DNA of 64,000 bases from an uncultured candidate division Zixibacteria bacterium (lineage in GTDB: Bacteria; Zixibacteria; MSB-5A5; GN15; FEB-12): assembly GCA_963735035.1 (NCBI GenBank), contig CAVTJJ010000004.1, positions 1,024,001 through 1,088,000 of the forward strand, written 5' to 3'. The notes beneath the pieces are model-generated. The model made no database searches. It worked only from the letters and a program-made list of their open reading frames with translations, and had not been told where the DNA came from. Positions 10,146-22,542 of this stretch are shown piece by piece. Both the position numbers and the translations under genes were made by a program. Numbering within the stretch: the first letter of the stretch is position 1; each line of letters opens with the position of its first letter.

Positions 10146-11108
10146 CTATAGACACTCCGGCAGCATGCCCGCCTGCGGCCCCGTGATAAACAAATAATCA
10201 ATCAGCATCGAGATATCCCCTATCGTAATGTCGTCGCAAGTGGGATTGATTCCGCCGGATTGATTGACATCAGCTTCGGCCAAACAACCTATGATTGCGT
10301 CGCAGGTTCCTCTCATAAACTTCGCATCAATTATTCGGCTAATGTCAGCGATCGTCGGTATATTCCCGTCGCTGCCGTCGGGGTCACCAACGTGGTAAGT
10401 GCAGCAAGAAGCGCAGTCGCCGTTGGGTGCTGCTGCCGCGTTTGGTGGTGCATTGACGGGCAAGCACGGATCAAGTAGTTCCCAGCAGCGTGGTCCGCTG
10501 ACACCAAGGCCGTTGTCCCACAGAGGGAAGTCAGATCCCGTGACAGGTGCAGCCCACTCCCAGGCGACATCAGATGCCATTGTATCAATACATAAGTGGA
10601 GACCGATATCGGCACGATTGCTCGTAAATTCCAACACCACTGCAATATCGTTGTCTGTTCCTCCGACAAAGCCTACGTCATAAAAATCTATGACGCAAAG
10701 AGAGTAAGCAGCGCGAGTATTAGATCCGGCCGAGCCTCCTGCGGAATCTGCCCCGGTATGTTCCGTCTTCCGATAGCTCAAACCGTTGTCGGTCGAGTAT
10801 CGGTGTATGCGCATTGGTCTAATAGTTTGTGGCAGGGCGGTTACCAGAGGCCCGTCCGACCCCTTGAAATAGCCCCAATCAGCACCATCAGGTGAGTAGA
10901 TTTCAAAACCGTTTTGGGTATTCCATCTACAAATAGAGGGATTGTTTCTGAGGTCGAAGCGAATGCTCGCACGGTGTATACGTCCGACCTGAAGTTGAGT
11001 GTCAGAAATTTCGTTTGTGACCCCGTCAATCGAGAGCACGCCCAAGTGCGTCTGTGCGAACGCGCCTGAGGCAGCAGCCAATGTCAGAAGTAGAATCCAG
11101 AGCTTCAT
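10146..11108 (-). CDS. Secreted protein with C-terminal dockerin-like domain (paralogue 4)
   Basis: Signal peptide; NGFEIYSPDGADW domain; CC..VGDPDG..IADIS..ID and EADVNQSGG..DDITIGDISMLIDYLF duplicated EF-hand-like motifs. Confidence 0.75.
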   Translation of the reverse strand: MKLWILLLTLAAASGAFAQTHLGVLSIDGVTNEISDTQLQVGRIHRASIRFDLRNNPSICRWNTQNGFEIYSPDGADWGYFKGSDGPLVTALPQTIRPMRIHRYSTDNGLSYRKTEHTGADSAGGSAGSNTRAAYSLCVIDFYDVGFVGGTDNDIAVVLEFTSNRADIGLHLCIDTMASDVAWEWAAPVTGSDFPLWDNGLGVSGPRCWELLDPCLPVNAPPNAAAAPNGDCASCCTYHVGDPDGSDGNIPTIADISRIIDAKFMRGTCDAIIGCLAEADVNQSGGINPTCDDITIGDISMLIDYLFITGPQAGMLPECL

Positions 11109-11134
11109 CAACGCACCTCTTCCTGTGTTGTGTT

Positions 11135-12115
11135 TCACATACACGCCGGCAGTGTGCCCGCCTGCGGACCGGTTATGAACAAGTAGTCAATCAGTGCTGA
11201 AACGTCGCCGATAGTGATGTCGTCTGCGTAAGGCGTGGCACCGCCCGATTGGTTGACGTCAGCTTCCTCAATACATGTGAGTGTCCCACCGGAGATGAAC
11301 AGGAAGTCGATCAAAGTAGAGATGTCTCCAACTGTAGGCTCATCATCTCCACTGTTGTTGGCGTCCCCCACACGAAGATTGCAGCAGCCCAGGCAGCCTA
11401 CCCGCGACATTGCAGTTCCCTCAGTCCCGGGCCTGCCGGCGGTCTTTACGCAGGGAAGATGATATATATCCCAACAGCGGGGGCCGCTTACACCAAGACC
11501 ATTATCCCATATCGGGAAGTCAGAACCGACGACCGGCGCCGCCCATTCCCAGACAGTAACGACTTGGGTTGTGTCGAGACACATGGTCTTCCCGGCATCA
11601 GTGGCAAGTGTCTGAAACTGAAGAATCACGGCAATTCCGTTAGTGCCACCAGGCCCGCCCACAAAGCCTGACGCGCCGGTTCCATCAAACGTTGCGAGCA
11701 TATAGGCTACTCGGCTGTTAGGGCCGGTGCTACCGCCCGGCTGGGTGTGACCGCCGGGTATTGTCGACGCGTAGAGGACGCCGTTGTTTGAGGATGTAAG
11801 ATATTTCTGCAATTTGGACACTGACGGTGGCAGATTGTCTACCATCTGACCGAATGTTCCCAGCAGGTTTACCCAATTGGCGCCGTCGGGGGAATACAAC
11901 TCAAAAGCGTTGGAACTGTTCCACCAACCTGACGGCAGCGCCGTAAAGTTGTACCGAATGCTCACATTGTGTAAGCTGCCGGCAATGAGCTTGAGTTGGC
12001 CCGCGTCATTAATTTGGTTTGTCACGTTGTCAATTGAAACCCTGCCCAGATGCGTCTGAGCGGATGTTCCCGAGGCAACAACCAATGTTAGAAGTACAAT
12101 CAACAGTCTCGTCAT
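11135..12115 (-). CDS. Secreted protein with C-terminal dockerin-like domain (paralogue 3)
   Basis: AGGAGG RBS, signal peptide, NAFELYSPDGANW domain, GDANNSGDDEPTVGDISTLIDFLF / EADVNQSGG motifs. Confidence 0.75.
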   Translation of the reverse strand: MTRLLIVLLTLVVASGTSAQTHLGRVSIDNVTNQINDAGQLKLIAGSLHNVSIRYNFTALPSGWWNSSNAFELYSPDGANWVNLLGTFGQMVDNLPPSVSKLQKYLTSSNNGVLYASTIPGGHTQPGGSTGPNSRVAYMLATFDGTGASGFVGGPGGTNGIAVILQFQTLATDAGKTMCLDTTQVVTVWEWAAPVVGSDFPIWDNGLGVSGPRCWDIYHLPCVKTAGRPGTEGTAMSRVGCLGCCNLRVGDANNSGDDEPTVGDISTLIDFLFISGGTLTCIEEADVNQSGGATPYADDITIGDVSALIDYLFITGPQAGTLPACM

Positions 12116-12138
12116 AGCCCGTCCTCCTTTTTCTTCCA

Positions 12139-13338
12139 CTACATGCACGCTGGCAAGGCGCCCTCTTGCGGACCGGTAATAAACAGGTAGTCGATTAACG
12201 CCGAAACGTCGCCGATAGTGATGTCGTCTGCGTAAGGCGTGGCACCGCCCGATTGGTTGACGTCAGCCTCTTCAATGCAATTCAGCCAGGCACCCGAAAT
12301 AAACAGGTGGTCAATTAAGGTCGAGATGTCGCCAACCGTCGGTTCATCTTCGCCGCTACCGTTCGCGTCGCCAGTGCGGGCGACACAGCAGTCGCATCCG
12401 TTAGTGGTGGAGGTCACATGGAGTGTGAAGAGATTGTACGAATCTCCGTCGGCTAGGAACTTAATATCAACGGAGCTTCCCGGGGCAAGCTGAGGATTGG
12501 GCCATGTCCACTGACCGCTCTGAGCATCCACCGAACCATAGTCGCCGTTATTGTATGGCGGCATCAGGCGGTACTCGACGGGCAAGTATTGGCAAGCCGG
12601 GAGGGCGCAAAGACTGTACGACGGCGAATGACAGTATCCGAAAGAAAGATTGCCTTCATTTCCCATGCACCACTGCGGACAGCAGTTGGGGCAGACGCCT
12701 ATCACCCAGCAGCGGGGGCCGTCCACACCGAGACCGTTGTCCCAGGCCGGGAAGTCCTCTTCACCGTTGGACCATTCCCAGGCCGTGATGGCTGCACAGG
12801 TGTCGAAACAGATGGTCTTGCCTTCGTCGGCCATACGGCTTTGGAACTGGAAAATCAGCGATATATCATTGTCCAGTCCACCTTCGTAACCGTCAGTTCC
12901 CTGCGCGTCAAAGGTGGCCAGAGAGAAACCTGCCCGGCTGAAAGGTCCGGTACTTCCACCGGCCGCATCTGCGCCGTTGTTGCCAGTGACAGTCCAGTTA
13001 GTACCGTCGTAATTGAAATACTTATTGAATTTACTTACCCCGGCACCAAGTTGGTTTACCAGAGGACCCCGAGTCCCTGTGAAACTGACCCAGTCGGCAC
13101 CGTCGGGCGAGTAAATCTCAAACCCGTTAGAACCATACCAGTGGGACAAGGGCGAGGTTGGGTTGCCGAGGAAATTGTATCTAACGGAAACGATATGGGT
13201 GCTTCCGGCCGACAGAGCGCTTGCACCCAAGGAATTGGTGATCCCGTCAAGTGAGACAACACCATTTTGGGCGAGCGCGTCGGTTCCGCAAGCGGCCGTG
13301 ATTAAGACCGCCGCAAAGATTACAAGAGAGCGTTTCAT
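12139..13338 (-). CDS. Secreted protein with C-terminal dockerin-like domain (paralogue 2, extra Cys-rich Ig-like segment)
   Basis: Signal peptide, NGFEIYSPDGADW domain, GDANGSGEDEPTVGDISTLIDHLF motif; ATGA overlap with the upstream gene. Confidence 0.75.
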   Translation of the reverse strand: MKRSLVIFAAVLITAACGTDALAQNGVVSLDGITNSLGASALSAGSTHIVSVRYNFLGNPTSPLSHWYGSNGFEIYSPDGADWVSFTGTRGPLVNQLGAGVSKFNKYFNYDGTNWTVTGNNGADAAGGSTGPFSRAGFSLATFDAQGTDGYEGGLDNDISLIFQFQSRMADEGKTICFDTCAAITAWEWSNGEEDFPAWDNGLGVDGPRCWVIGVCPNCCPQWCMGNEGNLSFGYCHSPSYSLCALPACQYLPVEYRLMPPYNNGDYGSVDAQSGQWTWPNPQLAPGSSVDIKFLADGDSYNLFTLHVTSTTNGCDCCVARTGDANGSGEDEPTVGDISTLIDHLFISGAWLNCIEEADVNQSGGATPYADDITIGDVSALIDYLFITGPQEGALPACM

Positions 13339-13805
13339 CGCACACCACCTTCCAGGCAAGGTAAGAGGCTCGAGCCGTAGGGGCCGGCAATAAACAGGTA
13401 GTTTATCAACAGGCTGACATCACCAATCGTAATATCGTCGATAGTTGGATTGGCCCCGCCGCTTTGATTTATATCTGCCTCTCCTATACACGGTATGAAG
13501 GTGGGTGTGACACCTTCGATGATGCCGCCGAGGATAGCGAGATCGACGATATCGCCGATGGTTGGCTCGTCACCGCCGGTTCCGTTGACATCACCTACGC
13601 GACCGATACAGCACGAAGCCAAAGCAGACACGGGGAATCCATTTCCGCCAACGTTGTCGGTCGCAGGATCGATGTCACTGCTGCGGGTTGCGGCGGTAGT
13701 GGTCGAGCCCCAGGCATCAGTCTGTGCCATCAGACTGCCTGGCAACATCCCCACCAGTAAAACTACAAGAATTAGCGACCAGTACTCATGATAATTACGC
13801 TTCAT
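13335..13805 (-). CDS. Small secreted dockerin-only protein (paralogue 1)
   Basis: GGAGG RBS, signal peptide, short linker, CCIGRVGDVNGTGGDEPTIGD / EADINQSGG motifs. Confidence 0.72.
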   Translation of the reverse strand: MKRNYHEYWSLILVVLLVGMLPGSLMAQTDAWGSTTTAATRSSDIDPATDNVGGNGFPVSALASCCIGRVGDVNGTGGDEPTIGDIVDLAILGGIIEGVTPTFIPCIGEADINQSGGANPTIDDITIGDVSLLINYLFIAGPYGSSLLPCLEGGVR

Positions 13806-13952
13806 GATTTCTTACCTCCTTGAACCCCATGATCCAGCAGGGTTGCAGATCGGTCCTGATATGTCTGTATTTCTAACGAAAAGATACACTATCGAGGTAT
13901 GACGTGTCAATGATTTTCTTTGATGAATCCGATCGGGATTGTGTGAAGTCTG

Positions 13953-14242
13953 GTAGGGCGGGTCCGCTTCGAACCCGCCATGAACGATGGCGCAAGACGG
14001 AACCGCAGGTTCCGTCATCCCGACGAAAGTCGGGAACCAGTTGTGACGGCTATGGCGAGACAGCCAATGTGAGAAGAGACTGAGCGAAAGGAATCGAAAT
14101 CATGAGTCTGGTGATCGGCTAACACAACTGGGCCCCGGTTTACACCGGGGTGACGGCCTGGCGGCCGTCGCCTGATATCGTAACGGTCACTCATGACCAC
14201 GCTGCAACGAGTTATGTAGGGCGGGTCTGCTTCAAACCCGCC
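13953..14242. repeat. REP/MITE-like cluster upstream of tilS
   Basis: gtagggcgggtc(c/t)gcttc(g/a)aacccgcc at 13953 and 14216; 145-bp element with palindromic inverted ends at 14012-14156; 26-bp copy of the tilS start at 14187-14212. Confidence 0.88.
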
Positions 14243-14299
14243 ATGAGCGAAACGGCGTTTTTTTGTTCCGTCTACAACTGTGATGCATATCTTTCACTC

Positions 14300-15700
14300 A
14301 TGACCACGCTCCAACGAGTCAAAGAAACAATCATGCGTTATGAGCTACTAACGCATGGTGATGCCGTGCTTGTCGCTCTCTCCGGCGGACCCGACTCCGT
14401 GGCGTTGTTACACATTCTGTCACGATTGAGAAAGAACTTTAAGCTTCGACTAGGCGCGGTCTACATCAATCATCAGATGCGTCCTCGCGCGGCAAATAAG
14501 GAAGAGAAGTTCTGTCAGAGTTTATGCGATGATTTGAAAGTGCCGCTCATCATCATCCGCGAAGACGTCCCGGCACTTTCGCGCAGACTACATTTGGGTC
14601 TTGAAGAGACGGCGCGACAAGTTCGTTACGCCACGTTCGACCGTCTGGCCTCCGCCTATAGTTATGATCACGTAGCGCTCGGGCATCATGCCGACGACCA
14701 GGTTGAGACGATTCTGTTTCGTCTGGCTCGGGGAACCGGACCTTCCGGGCTGGCCGGGATGCCGATCAAACGAGGGAAATACATCCGGCCGCTCCTCGAT
14801 CTAACTCGCGCCGACATTCTCGATTACCTGAAAGAGCACTCACTGGATTGGTGCGATGACGCCAGCAACCGCTCGATCCGCTTCAAGCGCAACTGGATCC
14901 GCCATCGCCTGCTGCCGGAGTTGCGACGTCATCTGAACCCAAAGGTAGATACCGCTATTCTCGCCCTGGCCGAAACCGTTTCAGAGGAAGAGGCCTATTT
15001 CGATGCCGAAGTAGCTCGTCTGGCCAAACAGACTCTAAGAGTTAGCGCCGGCGGCAAGATTGAGCTTGCTTTGAAAAAATACTCGCATTATGCTATCGGC
15101 GTCAGGCGCAGACTGTTAAGGCATTGTCTGAAAGTGACTTGCCCGAACGAATCCGGCTTGGACAAGGAAGTGATTCAGCGTCTTGACGGTTTAGCGTTGA
15201 GCGGAAACGGATCATTGTCGATGCCCGGTCGTGTCCAGGCGGTGGTTGTCGACGGTCGGTTGTTTCTCTGGCGACGGGCTCCCCGGCAGGTCTGCGAATC
15301 GTTCCAGCCGGGTAAGTCAATGAACCTCAACTGGCCGGCCGTGAGAGTCGCGGGACGCGTCGTCGCGAAGAAGACGACGAAAGTTCGATTTCCTGACGGA
15401 CCACGAGTCTGGCTTGATTGGGATCGAATAGAACCGCCGTTCGAAGTGAGAACGGCGCGCCCGGGTGATCGATTTAGGCCACTCGGTATGAAAGGGCACA
15501 AGAAGGTCAGCGCATATTTATCCGACCGAAAAGTGCCGCGTCCGTTGCGGGACGAAGTCCTGTTGTTGTGTGACCGGTCGGGACCGGTGTGGCTAATAGG
15601 TTATGAAATCGCGGAACGAGCGAAAGTTGATGATAAGACCAGGAGGGTATTGACCGTTGCCGTCAGTATCAGAAAAGAAACGCATGGCGCAGCCGTTTGA
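14300..15700 (+). CDS. tilS: tRNA(Ile)-lysidine synthetase
   Basis: VALSGGPDS PP-loop, EETAR..RY, GHHADDQVET, IRPLL, RNWIRH, C-terminal TilS domain. Confidence 0.95.
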   Translation: MTTLQRVKETIMRYELLTHGDAVLVALSGGPDSVALLHILSRLRKNFKLRLGAVYINHQMRPRAANKEEKFCQSLCDDLKVPLIIIREDVPALSRRLHLGLEETARQVRYATFDRLASAYSYDHVALGHHADDQVETILFRLARGTGPSGLAGMPIKRGKYIRPLLDLTRADILDYLKEHSLDWCDDASNRSIRFKRNWIRHRLLPELRRHLNPKVDTAILALAETVSEEEAYFDAEVARLAKQTLRVSAGGKIELALKKYSHYAIGVRRRLLRHCLKVTCPNESGLDKEVIQRLDGLALSGNGSLSMPGRVQAVVVDGRLFLWRRAPRQVCESFQPGKSMNLNWPAVRVAGRVVAKKTTKVRFPDGPRVWLDWDRIEPPFEVRTARPGDRFRPLGMKGHKKVSAYLSDRKVPRPLRDEVLLLCDRSGPVWLIGYEIAERAKVDDKTRRVLTVAVSIRKETHGAAV

Positions 15701-16208
15701 GCTGCTCCTGGATCAGCAGACGATTCAAAGACGCGTGGTCGAATTGGGAAATCAGATTACCCAGGACTACGCCGGGAAGACGCTTCTCTTGATCGGTGTC
15801 CTGAAGGGGTGTGTCGTCTTCATGTCCGACCTGATCCGGCACATCAGCCTGCCGGTGGAGCTGGAATTTGTGTCGGCCGCCTCGTATCGCAAGGGAGCCA
15901 GCCGTGAGACCGAAATAGTTTTCAGCGGCGGCGCTCCGTTTCCGGTCAAGGGACGGCATATCCTTCTCGTGGACGGGATAATCGATTCGGCCCGTACGGC
16001 GGTGACCGTTCTGCAGTGGCTGCAAAAAGAGGAACCGGCCACGGTTGAAATTGTTACTCTCCTGGATAAACCGGCCAGCCACCGGACTCGTATAAACATC
16101 AAGTATCGCGGTTTCACGGTCGGTAACGACTTTGTGATAGGGTACGGGCTGGACAACACCCAGAAATACCGTAACCTGCCCTTCGTGGGGCGAATGATTG
16201 ATAAGTAG
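15684..16208 (+). CDS. hpt: Hypoxanthine phosphoribosyltransferase
   Basis: GVLKG, LLVDGIIDSART PRPP loop (variant), FVIGYGLD..YRNLP; tilS-hpt-ftsH synteny. Confidence 0.9.
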   Translation: MAQPFELLLDQQTIQRRVVELGNQITQDYAGKTLLLIGVLKGCVVFMSDLIRHISLPVELEFVSAASYRKGASRETEIVFSGGAPFPVKGRHILLVDGIIDSARTAVTVLQWLQKEEPATVEIVTLLDKPASHRTRINIKYRGFTVGNDFVIGYGLDNTQKYRNLPFVGRMIDK

Positions 16209-16298
16209 AGCGACCGGTAAAGTGTCCGATAATATGAATTATGCTCAGGTTTTCGAGTATTTCTTCAAGTAACCGGTCGGGCAAAGAACGGAGAGAGA

Positions 16299-18263
<1,965 letters not shown>

Positions 18264-18276
18264 GCTTGAAATCAAC

Positions 18277-18307
18277 GCCCGGTCGCTTTCGCGACCGGGT
18301 TTTTCTT
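18277..18307 (+). terminator. Rho-independent terminator after ftsH
   Basis: CCCGGTCGC-tttc-GCGACCGGG followed by a T run. Confidence 0.85.
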
Positions 18308-18389
18308 GTGGCTTCAGTTCGGTGGGATTCTACTTGCCAGAATACCGGTTGTTTTTTGGGTGTGAATCGTATACTTTGAAAATACGTCT

Positions 18390-19274
18390 ATGATGCAGGA
18401 GCAGGCCATGGTCAAACCCGAAGAGATTGAACGAGTTATCGTCTTATCCGACGACCGCCGCATCTCTTTGGCTCCTCCTCTGGTCGTGGGCGTGCTGAAC
18501 GTTACTCCCGATTCGTTTTCCGATGGCGGCCGGTTTGACACTCTGGAAAAGGCGCTGGCTCATGCTCACCGAATGGTCCGGGAAGGAGCCGGTGTCATCG
18601 ATATCGGCGGGGAGTCATCCCGTCCCGGTTCGAAGCGCGTGACTCCTGATGAAGAATTGCGGCGGGTGATTCCGGTTATCGAGCATCTTTCGACCGAGAT
18701 CAAAGTACCAATCTCGATAGACACCTGTCGAGCGTCGACTGCCCGCGCGGCCTTAGCCGCCGGGGCATCAATCATCAATGATATTTCGGCGTTGCGATTT
18801 GATCCGGAGATGACCACCCTGGTCGCTGAGGCGGGAGTGCCTGTTATCCTGATGCACATGCAGGGGACCCCACGAGTCATGCAGGTAGATCCGTATTATG
18901 ATGATTGTGTCGACGAAGTGGGCGTCTTCTTCGATGAGCGCATCAAGTATTGCATCGCCCACGGGATCAACCGAAGCAAGATTGTTCTCGATCCGGGTAT
19001 AGGTTTCGGCAAGAGGTTGTCCGACAATCTGGCACTCCTCTCGAATCTATGCACCTTCCGGCGATTCGGACTCCCGCTGATGGTGGGCGCGTCTCGTAAG
19101 ACGTTCATAGCTATGTTATCGCCGACCACAGAGATACCGGATCATCGGCTTGGCGGATCGATTGCCGCAGCTGTGGCCGCGGTCCAGAACGGAGCGGACA
19201 TTGTGAGAGTGCACGATGTCGCTGAGACGGTCGAGGCGCTCCGCATCATTCAGGGAATAGGAACGGCGGGCTGA
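18390..19274 (+). CDS. folP: Dihydropteroate synthase
   Basis: GVLNVTPDSFSDGG, IDIGGESSRPG, DPGIGFGK, SRK, VRVHDV. Confidence 0.96.
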   Translation: MMQEQAMVKPEEIERVIVLSDDRRISLAPPLVVGVLNVTPDSFSDGGRFDTLEKALAHAHRMVREGAGVIDIGGESSRPGSKRVTPDEELRRVIPVIEHLSTEIKVPISIDTCRASTARAALAAGASIINDISALRFDPEMTTLVAEAGVPVILMHMQGTPRVMQVDPYYDDCVDEVGVFFDERIKYCIAHGINRSKIVLDPGIGFGKRLSDNLALLSNLCTFRRFGLPLMVGASRKTFIAMLSPTTEIPDHRLGGSIAAAVAAVQNGADIVRVHDVAETVEALRIIQGIGTAG

Positions 19275-19277
19275 GCG

Positions 19278-20030
19278 ATGCGTTTCGAATTTCTCGAATT
19301 CAGCTTCAAGGACCTGATCGACGTACTCATCGTCTCGTTCATCATCTATCAGGTTCTCCGACTAACCAGGGGCACCCGTTCGGCCCAGATCATTGTCGGG
19401 TTGCTGCTGCTGGCGGTTATCGCGGTTGGATCGTATTGGTTTCAGCTCGAAGGTCTGGCGTGGATGTTCTCCACGCTGGCGACATTCGGGATTATCGTGC
19501 TGGTGGTGGTGTTCCAGCCGGAACTCCGCTCGGCCCTGGCCAGTATCGGGCAGAATCGACTGATGCGGGCGCTGGTGCCGATTGAGCAGAAGAGGGTTCT
19601 TTCGGAAGTTTCCCGGGCGGCGTTGAGGTTGGCTGAACTGGGCTACGGTGCGCTGATCGTCATCCAGCGAAGCACCGGCCTTCGCAATTTCGCCGAGTCC
19701 GGCAAGGCCGTGAAATCAGAACTATCCTCAGAACTGCTGATAACTCTCTTTACGCCCTATACGCCCTTGCACGACGGAGCCGTGATTATTACAGGGGAGA
19801 CTATCGAGGCCGCGGCCGCCTCGCTGCCGCTGACCAACAATCACCGCTACCACAAGCTCTACGGTATGCGCCACAAGGCGGCTATCGGGGTCAGCGAAGT
19901 CTCCGACGCCGTGGTGGTGGTAGTGTCAGAAGAAACTCATCAGATATCGGTGGCGGTCGACGGCAATCTGCACTCCGATATCCCCAAAGCGGAATTCCGC
20001 GACCGCCTGGCGGAGTTCCTTCACGGCTAG
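19278..20030 (+). CDS. cdaA: Membrane-bound diadenylate cyclase CdaA/DacA
   Basis: Three N-terminal TM helices, FQPELR, PLHDGA, GMRHKAA, VSEET. Confidence 0.92.
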   Translation: MRFEFLEFSFKDLIDVLIVSFIIYQVLRLTRGTRSAQIIVGLLLLAVIAVGSYWFQLEGLAWMFSTLATFGIIVLVVVFQPELRSALASIGQNRLMRALVPIEQKRVLSEVSRAALRLAELGYGALIVIQRSTGLRNFAESGKAVKSELSSELLITLFTPYTPLHDGAVIITGETIEAAAASLPLTNNHRYHKLYGMRHKAAIGVSEVSDAVVVVVSEETHQISVAVDGNLHSDIPKAEFRDRLAEFLHG

Positions 20031-20143
20031 CGGCAATCTTGTCGCCGGACCTTCCTCAATTGACAGAACGCCTCTTGTTGACGTTATTGGCGCGCCTGAT
20101 GTATCGTCCGGTCTAATGCCGGTCAACTGAAAAAGTGAGAGAA

Positions 20144-21946
20144 ATGTACGACCTGAATCACATACGCAATTTTTCGATTATCGCCCATATCGATCATGGC
20201 AAATCCACCCTGGCCGACCGCCTGCTCGAAGCTACCCATACGCTGGGCATTCGCCAGATGCACGCCCAGGTGCTCGATTCGATGGACCTCGAACAGGAGC
20301 GCGGGATTACTATCAAGGCTCATGCCATCAGGCTGATCTATCCGGCGCGCGATGGCGAGAAATACCAGCTCAATCTGATCGATACCCCGGGACATGTCGA
20401 TTTTACTTACGAAGTCAGTCGTTCGCTGGCCGCCTGTGAAGGTGCCATACTGGTGGTAGATGCTTCTCAGGGGATCGAGGCTCAAACGCTTTCTAATCTG
20501 TATCTCGCGATGGAAAACGATCTCGAAATTCTGCCCGTCATCAACAAGATAGATCTGCCCAGCGCCAACCCGGATTCGGTTCGTCGCGATCTGGTCGAAC
20601 TGATCGGCTGCAAGCCCGAAGATGTCCTTCAGGTTTCGGCCAAGGAAGGTAAGGGGATCGCCGAATTACTGGAACAGATTGTGCAGGTGTTTCCGCCGCC
20701 CAAAGGTGATCCGGACGCGCCGCTTCAGGCGATGGTGTTCGATTCGGTATTTGATACCTACCGGGGCGCCATGCCGGTGATCCGGGTGAAGAACGGGACG
20801 TTGAAACGCGGCGATAAAGTCAGGTTCTTCTCCCACGATACGCTTTACGATGTGGATGAAATCGGATTCCTGCGCCTTCAGCCGATGCCTCTGGAGCAAC
20901 TTCGCGCCGGCGAGGTAGGATACTTCTTTGCATCGATCCGGCGGGTGCAGGATACGAAAATCGGCGACACGGCCACCGTGGCCAATCGCCCGGCCGACGC
21001 ACCGCTGCCGGGATTCGTCAATGTCAAGCCGATGGTCTTCGCCGGGATTTACCCGGCCGTGGCGGAAGATTTCGGACAGCTTCGTGACGCCCTCGAAAAG
21101 CTCGGTCTTAATGACTCCGCGCTTTCGTTTGTACCTGAGTCCTCAGTTGCGCTCGGGTTCGGATTCCGCGTAGGATTTCTGGGACTCCTGCATATGGAGA
21201 TCGTCACCGAGCGGCTCTCGCGCGAGTTCAACCAGACTACAGTCAATACGGTCCCCAGCGTCGAGAATCATGTCTTCGGCACGGATAGCACGATGATAGT
21301 CGTGGACAACCCGGCCAAGATGCCGCCGGTCGGGAAGATTGAATACATCGAAGAACCGTATGTCGACGGTCAAATAATCATGCCGGCTGAGTATATCGGC
21401 GCGATCATGAAACTCGCCTCGGAACGGCGCGGTGAATATCGGAACACCGAATATCTGTCACCCACCCGGTGCAGTGTGACTTTCCATTTCCCGCTGACCG
21501 AGATCATTTTCGATTTCTACGACAAGCTTAAGTCGATCACTCGTGGATACGCCTCGTTTGACTACGGCCTGCCGTACTATCGCCGCTCGGATCTAGTAAA
21601 GCTCGACATCCTGGTCAACGGCGACTCGGTGGATGCTCTCTCGGTGGTTTTGCATCGCGACAAATCGTACGCCTACGGCCTTAAGTTATGCGAGAAGCTG
21701 CGGCAGTTGATTCCACGGCAGATGTTCGAGGTGGTGGTGCAGGCGGCTATCGGAAGCCGGATCATCAGCCGGGCCAGCATTCGACCACTTCGCAAGAACG
21801 TGACGGCCCGTTGCTACGGCGGTGATATTTCGCGCAAGCGCAAGCTTCTGGAGAACCAGAAAGCGGGCAAGAAGCGGATGAAGCAGATCGGCAGTGTGGA
21901 GATTCCGCAGGAAGCTTTCCTGGCGGCGCTGCAAGTGGAGCAGTGA
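20144..21946 (+). CDS. lepA: Translation elongation factor 4
   Basis: [41 protein letters not shown]. Confidence 0.98.
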   Translation: MYDLNHIRNFSIIAHIDHGKSTLADRLLEATHTLGIRQMHAQVLDSMDLEQERGITIKAHAIRLIYPARDGEKYQLNLIDTPGHVDFTYEVSRSLAACEGAILVVDASQGIEAQTLSNLYLAMENDLEILPVINKIDLPSANPDSVRRDLVELIGCKPEDVLQVSAKEGKGIAELLEQIVQVFPPPKGDPDAPLQAMVFDSVFDTYRGAMPVIRVKNGTLKRGDKVRFFSHDTLYDVDEIGFLRLQPMPLEQLRAGEVGYFFASIRRVQDTKIGDTATVANRPADAPLPGFVNVKPMVFAGIYPAVAEDFGQLRDALEKLGLNDSALSFVPESSVALGFGFRVGFLGLLHMEIVTERLSREFNQTTVNTVPSVENHVFGTDSTMIVVDNPAKMPPVGKIEYIEEPYVDGQIIMPAEYIGAIMKLASERRGEYRNTEYLSPTRCSVTFHFPLTEIIFDFYDKLKSITRGYASFDYGLPYYRRSDLVKLDILVNGDSVDALSVVLHRDKSYAYGLKLCEKLRQLIPRQMFEVVVQAAIGSRIISRASIRPLRKNVTARCYGGDISRKRKLLENQKAGKKRMKQIGSVEIPQEAFLAALQVEQ

Positions 21947-21953
21947 GGGATTT

Positions 21954-22420
21954 GGTCTTGTAGATCGTTTCGACCTACAAGTCGCTCGTTTTTGTAGGGC
22001 GGGTCCGCTTCGAACCCGCCAGTTTACGTTCTTGGGGCAGACGAGGATCCCCGATCAAGTCGGGGGCAGGCTCTGCCGCCCACGGGGGAAAAACGGGACG
22101 CATGTCCCGTCATCCTGGCGGAAGCCAGGACCCAGTTGTGATCGCAAAGGCACCGTCGTAATACCTATCCACTCCCTTCGACAAGAAAGCTTGAACATTG
22201 GCGTCCGTGCTCTATCCGAGACAACTGGGCCCCGATTTTCATCGGGGTGACGGAGCTAGCGCTCCGTAATATTCCATCCCCCACGGTACCCCACAGCTTG
22301 CTGTGGGTTGGCCTGCTCATGAAAAGTGCCCGGCCCGCCGCCGCGGACCGTCCACTAAGACACAAGCGGTTCTGCCCTACGATTTATTGCTGTGTCAGGC
22401 GTCAAGTCCGCCTGACCTAC
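21954..22420. repeat. REP/MITE-like cluster after lepA
   Basis: Collapsed REPIN 21954-21980; GTAG REP 21994-22020; nested palindrome 22033-22083; 147-bp element 22107-22253; inverted gtcaggcgtcaagtccgcctgacctac ending at 22420. Confidence 0.88.
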
Positions 22421-22542
22421 GAAACTCTCCCTCTGCATTTTTCTCGCAACCGATCTTGAAATCCTTCGTCTAATTACACTAGCGCAGGCGCTGACCTTCG
22501 AAACAGAAGGTACACATCACGAACAAACCCGGCCCGGCCGGG

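Noticed and set aside
11199..12267. Diversity-generating retroelement TR/VR pair
   Set aside because: The tract is identical rather than adenine-mutated, both copies are within genes, and no reverse transcriptase is present.
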